Source: Paramecium tetraurelia
Lineage: Eukaryota
Length of the DNA: 64,000 bases
Direction: 5' to 3'
Assembly (NCBI GenBank): GCA_000165425.1
Contig: CT868672.1
Span: forward strand, 240,048 to 304,047
The translations under genes and the position numbers were made by a program. Positions 1 through 11,361 of this stretch are shown piece after piece (position 1 is the stretch's first letter; every line of letters begins with the position of its first letter). Below the pieces are notes generated by a model, which searched no databases, was not told where the DNA came from, and worked only from the letters and a program-made list of their open reading frames with translations.

Positions 1-494
1 ATAGGTGGTTCATCATCAAAAAGAGATGGTATTGATTTCTTAGGTGTAAGTTATCTGGTAAAAACATCCAATGGAACATGTTTAATTTATATCTCTTTGT
101 TTATGCTTTATCTGAAGTTACGTAGTTAAATCAAGGCAACTTGAGATTATTCATTACAGTTTGGCATCGAGGGAACTTTTTGAAGATTGGAGGATTTAAA
201 ATTTTCTTGTTCAAATTGGCTCATCTCATCGTTTTGAAGTACTAGATCATCTTCAAATTGAAAATCCAAAAAGGGAGGCTCATTGACTAACTTTAATTAT
301 TTTCAATGGTTACAATTGGAAGAATTCAAATCTTCAAATTGAAAAAGTTGGGGTTCAAACATGGCATAATTATCGAAGTTTATGAAATGATCATAATAGG
401 ATTTCATGGACATGATGCAGCTGGGTTGAGGGGGCTATTGGGAATAATGAAATAAGTGTTAGAGACATCGATTTATTTCTGAGATTGTATTCAT
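1..494 (-). CDS. Hypothetical protein, 5' part (runs off the left window edge)
   Basis: ATG at 494 reads MNTISEINRCLQHLFHYSQQPPQP... in code 6; one ~23-nt GT-AG intron near 291-313 removes an in-frame TGA; frame stays open to position 1. Confidence 0.6.
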
Positions 495-591
495 ATTATA
501 ATTAATTATGAAAATGATGATTAACGAATTTAAAAAAATCCTATAATATCTTGTAATTAATTATTTGTTTTACAGTACTAAAAGAGAGAGA

Positions 592-1401
592 ATGTAATAG
601 GGCTGTGATGAGAATTTCGAGATAAATGAAGTAGTTTGGGCTAAAGTCTTAGGCTGTAAGTAGTTTTTTAAGCTTTAGATCCATGGTGGCCAGCATAAGT
701 AATTATAGAATAATCATAAATAGATCTCGTCAATTTCGAATGGAAAGACTGGTACAAATTAATAATGCAGAGTGAATTTTTTAGCAGATGGAACGCAGTA
801 TTTGTTTCAATTAAATAATAGCGCTGATTTACGTCTTGAAAAAGTGAAAAAATGGGATGATAAGCCAGCATAAATGGAAACGAAGAAATTGAAAGAAGCA
901 ATCGAATTGGCCAATCAGATTCTGACAGGATAATATTAAAACATATTGCCTAGCTTCGATAATTTGAATGAGCATGCACTTAAAAGTCTGGTCATTAAAT
1001 TGAATGATTTAATAAGAAAGGACAATTAAATGGATGATGTAATTGTTCCTATGATAAACTAGATTGCGCAATTATTGAATAAAATATCGAATGTTGAATT
1101 ATTGTCGATTGTTAAAATGAATCTGGGGTAACAGTTATTTCGAATACATAAAACTCATCAGAGCAGAAAACCAAAGAAATTCTAAATCCTACTCAATACC
1201 TTTCTAGAACAATTAACTACCATAATTGGCTATAAAGAGTAGGTAGAATAAACAACCAGTAATAAAAAGAAATTTAAATAATCCATTTCAAATGAGGAAC
1301 CTCTTGAAGAAATTACAAAATGCGTAATCATTTAAGATGGACCTGAAGTCAAAAGAAAAAAAGCAGAAGAGAGTTTCTAGAATACTCCCCTTAATTAATG
1401 A
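592..1401 (+). CDS. PWWP-domain chromatin protein with a C-terminal helical (possibly TFIIS-N/IBD-like) domain
   Basis: Spliced translation MQQGCDENFEINEVVWAKVLGYPWWPAQISS...CRVNFLADGT; three tiny introns in the PWWP region; TGA at 1399-1401. Confidence 0.85.
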
Positions 1402-1547
1402 TGATTTTATAATCTATGAAAAAATTATTTCCAATATTCATTAATCACTAGTATTCATTATAATATTGTGTATTTATTGTTGATTTACTCTAAATTGAAA
1501 TATATATATAATATATATTACTATAATTATATTCAATTTTCGAATTC

Positions 1548-3744
1548 ATGAATCCAGAAAAGAAATTGACACTCAACAAAATAACATTAAATCGACCCCT
1601 ACAAAAGATTGGATTACCACCAAAAATCACCCTCAATAAACAACTTGATTCTAGACCCTAAAGTTCAAAAATTGATATTCAATCTGTTAATATAAATTGG
1701 CTAGTCGATAATATATAATAAGAAAAGTATATTTATTAAATAATTTAAATCTAAGTAAGTTAGAATGGATATAAAAATGTTACGTCTTTTTTAAAGATTG
1801 GACCCAAAACACAGAATGCAATGATTAAGGCAAAGAACAAATATTAAAATAGAGCATTTAATTATTAGACTACAACGATCTGCAAGTTAGATTATACGCA
1901 ATCAAAGCAGCATTGTTTGGATTCACTACCTTAAATTTATTAGAACTATTATTTCAAAAATAGCCTAAACCTCTTCTAAGAAGACCAAAAAGCGGTTCCA
2001 AAATTCAAGAATAACTACCCTCATTACTTTATCAACCTTAATAGGTTTTGGCAATTCTATAGAAGACTGCTTAATTAAGTAATGAGAATGTATTCGTGAA
2101 TTTAATTAATGACAATTCTTTAAGTTTTGTTTTGTTTAGAATATTGAAACTCTTCACCCAATTACCAAAGGACTAACCTACTACCTCACAACAATTACCT
2201 TATTTGAATTTAATTTTCATTATCATTAAGAATATAGCCAATAACCAAAAGGAAGCACAAAAATTATTATAACCTATTTATATACAATTAATAGATAGTT
2301 ATTTACATACATTCCCATTTGATCAAACCTATGAGAAAGACTTGCTAAACTTATATACTACAATAACTGCTACTCTGAGAAACTTGGCTAATGAAAATAA
2401 TAGTGTGGAGATGTATCTTTAGAATGGAATTATTAAAAAGTTAGTCATCAGTATGGTTAGCTTCAGTAACAGTTATGAATTGATTTTAAATACATTAAGA
2501 ATTATGTCAAAGATGTCCTTGAGTAAAGAATGTTGTGAATACTTCTTGTAAAGTACTGAGGCTATGCAAAATATTTCAAGTTTCTTTAAAACATATTAAA
2601 CAAATATTTACATCATTATCAGAGCTTCCTTTTTATTAGCTAATATGACTACATATTTTGAGGGAATAAGATAATTAATTTACTATAAATTCAATCAATT
2701 TGGTGATATTCTTAAATGCTTTGACTATTATTGGGCAAAAGAGATTGCTCCATAATAGTTAAATCAAATTGATTAATTCTCATAAAGTAGAGCAGCTTGG
2801 GATTTCTAAATATTACAATCAGAGTAATATTTAATAATTTATTTCATAGAAAAGATATTGATGCTCTCATCAGAATCATTAGATTAATTGCAAATATATT
2901 GACTATTGAATAAATTGGATTGGATATCTTAAAGAATTACTCAAATGAATACAGAATATTAATATCAAAACTATTAAAACTGTTACAAAAGAATACTGCC
3001 ATTTCAAAACAATAGGTAAGCCTAAATTTATAATTAGGAAATCATTTCTTGCACTTTAAGTTGCCTATCCAATTTAACTTTTTATGAGAAGCAAACCTTT
3101 TTAAATGATTTTGAATACAAAAATGTTAAATTTGAATTGATAGCTACTCTTGGACACTTCATCATTTAAAATGAAGATTAGGAGATTTGTTGTGACGGAC
3201 TTAGAGTTTTATCGAATTTATCAAGGTAGAAGGATCTAATCAAATAAATAATGAAATCAAGAATTTCAGAAGGTGTTATCGTACTATTAGATTCAAATTC
3301 AAGGGAGGTTGTATACTATTGCTTAGGTGTAATTCTCAATCTGTTATAGGACTCAGAGTTTAAGTAAAAATCTGATTTATCATTAGAAAAAAAGAAAATA
3401 TAAATATTATTGATTATATAACTTAGGTTTTGAATGATTGTACTACAAACGAAAATGATATAGCTAATCTTGGATTGAAATGCTTAATTTTATTATTAGA
3501 CTCAAATTTGAATTCAGAATATGCAACTAAAATAGAAAAAGCTGTCCAATCCTTTGGAATTGTTTGTGATTAGGTTTTAAAAGTAAAAGAAAATAACGAA
3601 CTCTCAAATACAAGACAATTAATCAATTAAATTATCAATAATATTCCAGAGGAAGGTTTTCCATGTATGCAACCGAATTGTGGAAGAGTACTTAAAACTC
3701 AAAAAGAATTATAAGACCATATTAGTAGAAGACATAAGTTGTGA
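1548..3744 (+). CDS. ARMC2: Armadillo repeat protein, ARMC2-like, with a C-terminal C2H2 zinc finger
   Basis: ARM-repeat motifs TATLRNLAN, LNTLRIMSKMSLSKEC, IIRASFLLANMT, LIRIIRLIANI, SCLSNLTFY, LRVLSNLSR; C-terminus FPCMQPNCGRVLKTQKELQDHISRRHKL*. Confidence 0.7.
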
Positions 3745-3772
3745 TTGTAATATAGATAATTAATATAACCAA

Positions 3773-5054
3773 TCAATATTATTTAAATAATAGTTTTCCT
3801 CTTTTTACTTCTAATTATTTGCTCATTGATGCTGAACGAACTTCTCTGGTTGTTTTTGGTACCTCAACTTTATAGTCACCAGATTAATGATGATTGCTTT
3901 TTGATAAATCACATTTAACACTCTGTTCTAAAAAGTTATTTATGCTGATGTCCTCACGTATTGATTTTATGACTAAATTAACATGATTTGGAAATAATTT
4001 TTAATATAAAAAGACTAAGATTTTTTCATTGCTAACTACAAGTTCTAGTATTTTTAATTTATCTTCCTTATGAAATTAGGTAAAGTCTGTAATCATCTCA
4101 ATTTAATTCTATTACCATTAAGTATTTCCGAAGGGTCGCTTTTTTTTTAAAATATCTCTTCGAACAGTTTCTACACAGTCTAAAAAGAAGGATTCAAGAT
4201 CGCTACGAATAACACTTTTCTTATTTTGGGAAATTAATAAATTATTGACTTTTGTGTTCAAATTTTGAATTTACTTTTAATACTTTTGTTCAATTTATGT
4301 AACATATCTTATTATATTTGAATATAGTTACTTAGTAATCCTTTCAATTATCTCATCAAATTTTGATGTGCTACTGTTGCATTCTTCAATAGAAAACATT
4401 TCTCTAATGGAAGAATAATGATATTTAGATATCGATGAAGAGAGATCTAATTTGGAATTGTAGTCTGTCAATTTTCTTCTTGGAATCTCTATTATAGTTA
4501 GCAAAAAGCATTACTAAATTAATTAGCAGGAGTAGTGGTACAGAATGTCTATTCTAATAAGGGTGTAGGTAGTTATTCTTTTTCAATTTCTGATTATTTG
4601 AGTTTCTTCATCAATCCTTTAATTTATTATTCTAGAAAGTGATTTGATTTTTTTGATTCCTGCATCTAAAATTTGAGTTCTTAAATCTCTTTATTTTTTT
4701 ACTCGATTTTCTCATATAATTTAAGGCATTCTTCTCTAAATAATGTCTATTAGAAAATGCTATTTAAAAATTTACCAATTCATTATCATTCGACTTCATT
4801 TTAACTTGATTTAGTTCAAGATTATTTTGTTGTTCTTCTGTTTTGCTTTTTAATTCTTTCAATTCTGCCTTAATTTTTTTCATGTGACTTTAATATGCGA
4901 TAACAAACTCTGCTTAATTCTTAACTTTAATTTAATTAACAATTTCTGTGAGATCATTTATATATTGTACCAGAGAATGTAATGTTTCTACAGCTTTGTT
5001 TTACTGAGTATTTTCATTTGATGATGTTCTTTCTTTATAAATTTCTAATTGCAT
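3773..5054 (-). CDS. Coiled-coil protein, possibly of the BBOF1/CCDC176-like basal-body family
   Basis: Open in code 6 with tiny introns; segment RSDLESFFLDCVETVRRDI...KEDKLKILELVVSNEKILVFLYQKLFP; family call is from motif recall only. Confidence 0.6.
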
Positions 5055-5092
5055 AATTAATTAATAAAAAAAGTTGTTAAAAATATATTTTA

Positions 5093-6378
5093 ATGCGCAA
5101 GAGTCCATTAATGAAGGAGAACATGAAAGCAATTCACAATCAAAAATTTTCGTATCTGAACAAGAGTAAGTAAAAGACCTCATCTCTTGAGAAAAGTTCA
5201 TATTCGAACAGATCACTCTTAAATGAGATGCAACATCAAACCCCAAATCAACCGAAGAAAAACATTTCAACTCAGGCTTCAGATTAGAAACTGCATAATT
5301 GTACAATAGATATTAATATAAAGAAAGTTAAATACTGAAATCATTAATGAAAATATAAAATAGAACAAATCCAATATTGACATAATAGAATTGTTATGCA
5401 GGAGTGAAACTGAATTTCAACAATTGTGTAGGTATTGAAGATCATTAAAATGAAGGCAATGAAGAGAAAAGAATGAACACAAATCAATATAACTCATTGA
5501 ATTAGACGAATCATCCCTCTCCAAAAGTTAAGACCATCTCATTATCAACATACACAGTATAACATGAATTAACCTACCCATTAGAGTACTCAGAGTCCAG
5601 AATTAAGAGAAAAGGAGATCAGACATGAATAGATATCGCAATTTAAATAGTTGATTACATAAACAAAGCAAAGTTTGGAGAATATTAGTATCGCGGACAT
5701 GCAACAATACATAGAGGGAATATTTGATGAAACCATTTAGCCGTTACTTTAATTGAAGGTATAGATTAAACACTTAGAAATTAGAGCGAGTTGCTTAAAC
5801 AAATTGAGAAGTGTATAAATGCTGAACAATATCAAATACGTTCTACTATTGACTCTTTGAAAAAGATGGAGGATGATATCCTCTCTAATGAGTTCAACAT
5901 TATAGAATTCATGGCTATGGGTCCTTTTAATGAAATTATGTTAATCTACCAGAAGAGATTCAAAGAACACTCCATCTTTGTTCAGTAGTTAAATCAATAA
6001 GACATCGTCATGCATCAATTCAAACAACTGCATGAGAACTTCACTCAACAGAATCATTCTTTGTGTAAGCAATTATAACAGTCCTTATAAGCCTATTTGT
6101 CATTATATATCTCTTTCTAAAATAAGGAGGATTTTTATGAGATGAAAGAATTCAGCAATATTTAATAATAGCAAAATCAAATAATCAACCATTTACAAGA
6201 AAACTTATTCCAAACCTGTGAAACCAATAATTCAATTGACGAAGATCAGGTGATTATGAAGGATTAACAAGTGGTCAGAATCCCAGATAAGACTTCATAA
6301 TTTACTTAATTATTAATGAAGGGATTAAATTGCCAAAAGAGCTTGTTTCCTTCAGAATCGCCGCAATTCAAGAATTGA
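5093..6378 (+). CDS. Hypothetical coiled-coil protein
   Basis: MRKSPLMKENMKAIHNQKFSYLNK...; tiny GT-AG introns restore the frame; TGA at 6376-6378. Confidence 0.7.
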
Positions 6379-6455
6379 TTATATATTTAATTTAATGTTA
6401 TTAGAAATCAAAAATTTCTAATTTATTCCTTAATCATTAATAATCTCACTAGACA

Positions 6456-7339
6456 ATGTTCTAACTATCAAAGTTCTCAAAATCTAATCCAACAGTCAGA
6501 TATATTGTTAAGAAAGATATTTTATTTTGTCAATTTCATAATCTGATCAACAACAAGATGAAGAAGAAATAGAAACACCTCCTCTATATGAAAATCAAAC
6601 ATTTATTTATCAGTTTACCAAAGTGGGTAATTATGTGATACAATGCCTGAATTCAATCCCATTTAAAGCGTAAATTTCAGTAATACAAAATGAAATGGAG
6701 ATATCTGCTCTCTAAAAGATGCAACAAACCAAAAATATTGAATAAAAACCTGTAAAACTATAACCAAAAGTTGATTTATATGCCCCAGAGAACAGAAAAC
6801 TCAAAATGTTAGGTAGTCAAGAAACGAGCATGGCATCCACAACAATTCTAGAGCAGATTAAAGAAAAATGTTTAGGAGAAGATACAAATATCGATATAGT
6901 TGATTTGATAATGAATAATAAATCCAACAGCAACAATGAAACAGTGTCCACTTTTAACAGTTCTTTCTAGTAACCGTAAAATATAGTCAAAATCAAGACG
7001 GAGACTTATTCCGATTCAGGCAAATCAGAATTTAATACCATTTTAGACAGGAAAAGTTCAGATCCTATAGTTAGTACAGCTAAGGTTTCAGATAGGATCA
7101 CATTAACTAGAACAAAGTAATAGTAATTGAGTGTTTTTGATAAAATTCAATTTGCAATCCTAGATTCAAAGCATATTGAGATTGATGTTCAAAGTAAGCA
7201 ACCAGATTTCAAGAAAACTTATACGAAAGGATTGAGCATTATGAACTATTTGGAGATTGGTAATCTTATATCCTAAATTTTAGAATATTGTATGGGCATC
7301 TCGAATAAAACTAATGTAATTAATGAAATACAAAATTGA
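6456..7339 (+). CDS. Hypothetical protein with an N-terminal cupredoxin-like beta segment
   Basis: Continuous code-6 ORF; motif TPPLYENQTFIYQFTKVGNYVIQCLNSIPFKAQISV. Confidence 0.65.
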
Positions 7340-8000
7340 TTAAAAGTTTATTGTTTTCAATGTTTTTTTTAATTAATGATTATAATAATTGATATCTTTA
7401 TTATATTAATCTAGATATAAATCTTTTTGTAATCTTTTATATTTCATTATTATTAAAAGCGTAATAAAAGTGTAACATATTAAGTCATGATTTGATTTAT
7501 CTCAATTAATATATGAGTGAAAAAAAGGTAAACTGGATAGCTCAGCCAATTATTAATCAGTGAAACTTGTAAATTTATTTGAAGAATTCATTTTGAAATT
7601 AAATGTTCTCAAAAATAGTACTTTTATTCATTTTGATATTAAGATTATACATTCAATTTTCAAGATATTCTAAAAATAATTCTTAATGAGATTCTGTATT
7701 TCCTTTTCTTATCTAAAAATCAATACAGAGCTTGATTAATCTTATTTCTCATTTTATAATTCAATCGATCCATATTAACTTACTTACTTCCTACTACTTC
7801 TTTAACTATCTTGTGTTAATTGTCAATTCTAATTCAATAGACATCGATTTTGGTGATACAAAAGAACATATAATCAAACAAATATGTTAGGTAATGAAAG
7901 TGACTTCTATGTTTATTCAAACAAACAAATTTATCTCATTATTAAACATTTTAACATTGATTACATTTTATTAATTTCGTAAATGATTATTAATTATATA

Positions 8001-8736
8001 TCATTAATTATATATAAAGAAGTCTTTAGGTAGCTTTCCAGGTCTAATACAAATAAAGCTGCTGTTGTTACTTGATTTGTGTAATAACTTTTTTTTTAAT
8101 TCACAAGTGTTTAATAGTAACAAATCTAATATATTATCATCTCTTTATAATTTTAAATTAGTCTTAGTTTTTTGATATTTTTCTTTACGTTTCAAAGGGG
8201 AGCTTTATGTAGGATATTGAATTGTCATTCATCTTAAATAATTTATCTAGAGGTTACGCATTACTGTATGATCTTATTTTGTTTGAAGAAGGAGGTTCAA
8301 TCCTATGAGTTGTTAAGACTGATTCTAAGAATCTAGATGTTTTTTAACAATCTTTACTTCATTTAAACTTAAAATATTACCAACATTGATTTTTTTCTAC
8401 TCATTAAGTTTACTTAAGATGTCTCTTGATTCATCCATTTTGTTAATGTGATAAGATTGGCTTTTGTTTCTGGGAATCTACTTGAAAACATCGTAAACTC
8501 TGATCTTTTCTTAACTATTTTTATTTGAGATTGATTTTCTATTTAATATTAACTCAGTTTCATACATTGAAGGTATGATGGTTCTTTAAGTTCTCTAGGT
8601 GGCTATTTATTGTTATTCTTTGGGTATTTCATAATTCGATTTAGTATTTTTGCTTAAAATCAGTGCTTCTCATAAAGTTAGGGTAAGGCTACTTAATTAT
8701 AATAGCCTTGCTCTTATTATTCAAACCTTAATTCAT
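8001..8736 (-). CDS. Hypothetical protein (exon structure uncertain)
   Basis: Long code-6 reading frame (MKYPKNNNKQPPRELKEPSYLQCMKLSQ...); intron positions and ends not fully resolved. Confidence 0.4.
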
Positions 8737-9640
8737 AACGAAAAATACTAAATAAATTATATTGATTAAAATCATAATATAGATGATGTTATGTAATTAA
8801 AATAATCGGTACTGATGTTTTAAATCACAAATATATCGGAGATTCTTAGACTCAAGGTTCTTACTATTTTTCATTCTTAGTAAATGTTAGTTTCTTTGAA
8901 TAGAAAATCAAGAAAAACTTTATTGGTATTAATTTTTGATATAATTTTATCATATTGTACATTTACTATAATTTGCATCCAATTTATAATTCACTTCTTA
9001 TAAATACTATTTCTATCAGATTATTAAGCTTGATTTTTTAGTCCTTTAATAAATGATTTATATCCCAATAGTATAGTGTTATTTTTGTATCATTTTTGTA
9101 GTAATCAATCATTAATTAAGTAAATTCTGAATTTAATGCTGTCAAATTTCTTTATCATGATTATTACTTGATATACTTATTAATTTTTCAATTTATATCT
9201 TAAGGTTTTTCCAATTACCTCAGATATGCAATTCGGTCCTAAAAAATATATGTGTAATTTACTTTTGAATAAGTGGAAAATTTGTTGTAAATTATTGATG
9301 CATTATCTAACTTTACTATTATTGATTGATAGGTGTTACTACAAATCTAATAACTACTTCATTCTACATACACTATCTCCCTTAGATTACTCATTTTTAT
9401 TGAAATCAAGATTGTGATTTAATAAATTTAGCTCTCTTTATATTTTATGGGAAGAACTTTCTCTTTTAATTAATCATCAAATTATTTTTATAAAATTATA
9501 CATAACATACAAATAGAGGAGTTTGTGAATAATAGATATCATAATGATTTATGTTTTAAACTATATCTTGCTATTTAATTAATTTTGATAGCTATAAATA
9601 TTTGATTTATCTCTTTTAACCATTCATAATTAAATAATCA

Positions 9641-10249
9641 ATGGATTTTTTAACTCGATTCAAAGGCAGAACCTAAACCATGAATAAGAAAGAAGGGGTA
9701 ACTGGAATAATTAAATCAAACGGCAATCCTATAGAGAAATTACCAACCTTTTAAAGTCTTAGCTCATTGCTTGCTACAACGGCATCTAACACGATCTCTG
9801 ATTCTGAGAAGCAGTCCCTCTATTCGAATGATTTCACGCCTAAGAGCAAGGACCCGAAGATAATTACTAATATTAGCGCATTTCACAATAGAAAATCCTC
9901 TTTGGCATCTCCTCCAACTCCAAGCTCCAATCTCAATATGTCGAAATCATAAATAGATCTTAATAGCAATTAAAAGTAAACCTTATCGAAGACGGGGTAA
10001 ACAAATTTTAATTTGAGTGATTACCAATTGATTATCATCCCGAAGGAGGCATTAAGTAAGAGATTGAATTTGATAATTAGGTCAATATAAATTGGAAAAT
10101 ACTGAATACAATTTTTAAGGCAAAGAGCCCTTGCAATAGATATAATAAAGATATTATTGCTCAAAATCTTAATCGCTGGATGCATAAAAAGATAAGCCTT
10201 TGATAAAATCGTAAATATTGAGTCAGGGATCGTATTCAAAATAAAATGA
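9641..10249 (+). CDS. Hypothetical Ser-rich protein
   Basis: MDFLTRFKGRTQTMNKKEG...SSLASPPTPSS; 25-nt intron gtaagagattgaatttgataattag; TGA at 10247-10249. Confidence 0.6.
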
Positions 10250-10397
10250 GAGGAAAAAGAGTATGATATAGACAGGTTTGAACACACTTCAATACTGATA
10301 CGATATCACTTAATTAATATTTATATATATTACAATAAAAGCAACAAAACTAAAAAGGAAATTTTAAATAATTTTAATTTTTCTCAATTTAACAGCT

Positions 10398-11050
10398 ATG
10401 AGTTTTCAAGATTAAGCAGAGAAAATATTCGGAGGCCTCTAAAAAGCCTTCAAACGATTGGAGTTGGAATTGGAATACAATTATGAAATAATTTTGTCAA
10501 AATAAAAAGCATATTAAGAATCATTAGGAATGATAGCAGAATTAGAATAGTTGGTTATGATTAGAAATACTGAGATTGAAATAGGAGGATTTCAAGAGAT
10601 GTCTTAGTCAGTCTCTTTGGATGATCAAGACCATCATCTCTTGATGACTTAGTTGAAGGATAACATAAATTTGGTTAATGATTACAAATAACAAATTTAG
10701 GAAGTATTATTATGATTTAATTATATTAGATCAGACGTTAAAATTAACTCATAAACAAATTAGTTAAAGAATAATCTCACGTTAATTCATAGAATCAGTC
10801 ATTTGAATATGATTAGGAAAATGAGCATGAAATTAATTCAAATTTCATATAAAAACGATAGTAAAAGAATGTGGAGAGAGTCAAGGAAATAGAGAAGAAG
10901 ATAAAGGAGAAGCAAAAGAATTTATGCAAAATGTAAAAAAAGATAAAGGGCAAGGAGAAGGACTACGATTATCGTTTGCTTAATTAAATTGAGCGATTGG
11001 ACTCGGATATAGAGAAAATAACACATTAAATAAAGTCATTAATTGATTGA
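10398..11050 (+). CDS. Hypothetical coiled-coil protein
   Basis: MSFQDQAEKIFGGLQKAFKRLELELEYNY...; heptad-like Q/E/K/L composition; tiny intron near 10703-10729. Confidence 0.65.
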
Positions 11051-11150
11051 TGCATAATAACATTTTTCTTATAGGTTATGTAAATTATAAAAAGATAATA
11101 ATTATAAAAAAAGAATTTCAATTTATATATATTAAAAAAAATAAAAAATA

Positions 11151-11223
11151 TGGAGCAACCGAGCTTCGATCTCAGCGCCTCATGCATGCTAAGCATACGC
11201 TCTACCAAATGAGCTATTACCCC
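11151..11223 (-). tRNA. tRNA-Ala (anticodon AGC/IGC)
   Basis: GGGGTAATAGCTCATTTGGTAGAGCGTATGCTTAGCATGCATGAGGCGCTGAGATCGAAGCTCGGTTGCTCCA: 73-nt cloverleaf, G3:U70 Ala identity pair, anticodon loop TTAGCAT, followed by oligo-T Pol III terminator. Confidence 0.97.
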
Positions 11224-11361
11224 ACGTTCGAGAGTATTAATAAGATTAGTCTTTTAAATGAGACGATATGGTTTTTGATCTATTGCTAAGGTTAATTAAT
11301 TGATGTAATTTAAAATAGAAATTAATTATTCAAAATATATTCAATAAATTAATTATATATA

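Noticed and set aside
11160..11176. Non-canonical tRNA T-loop (ATCGAAG rather than TTCGA)
   Set aside because: A54 is a known feature of some eukaryotic tRNA-Ala, so it is neither novel nor evidence of a pseudogene
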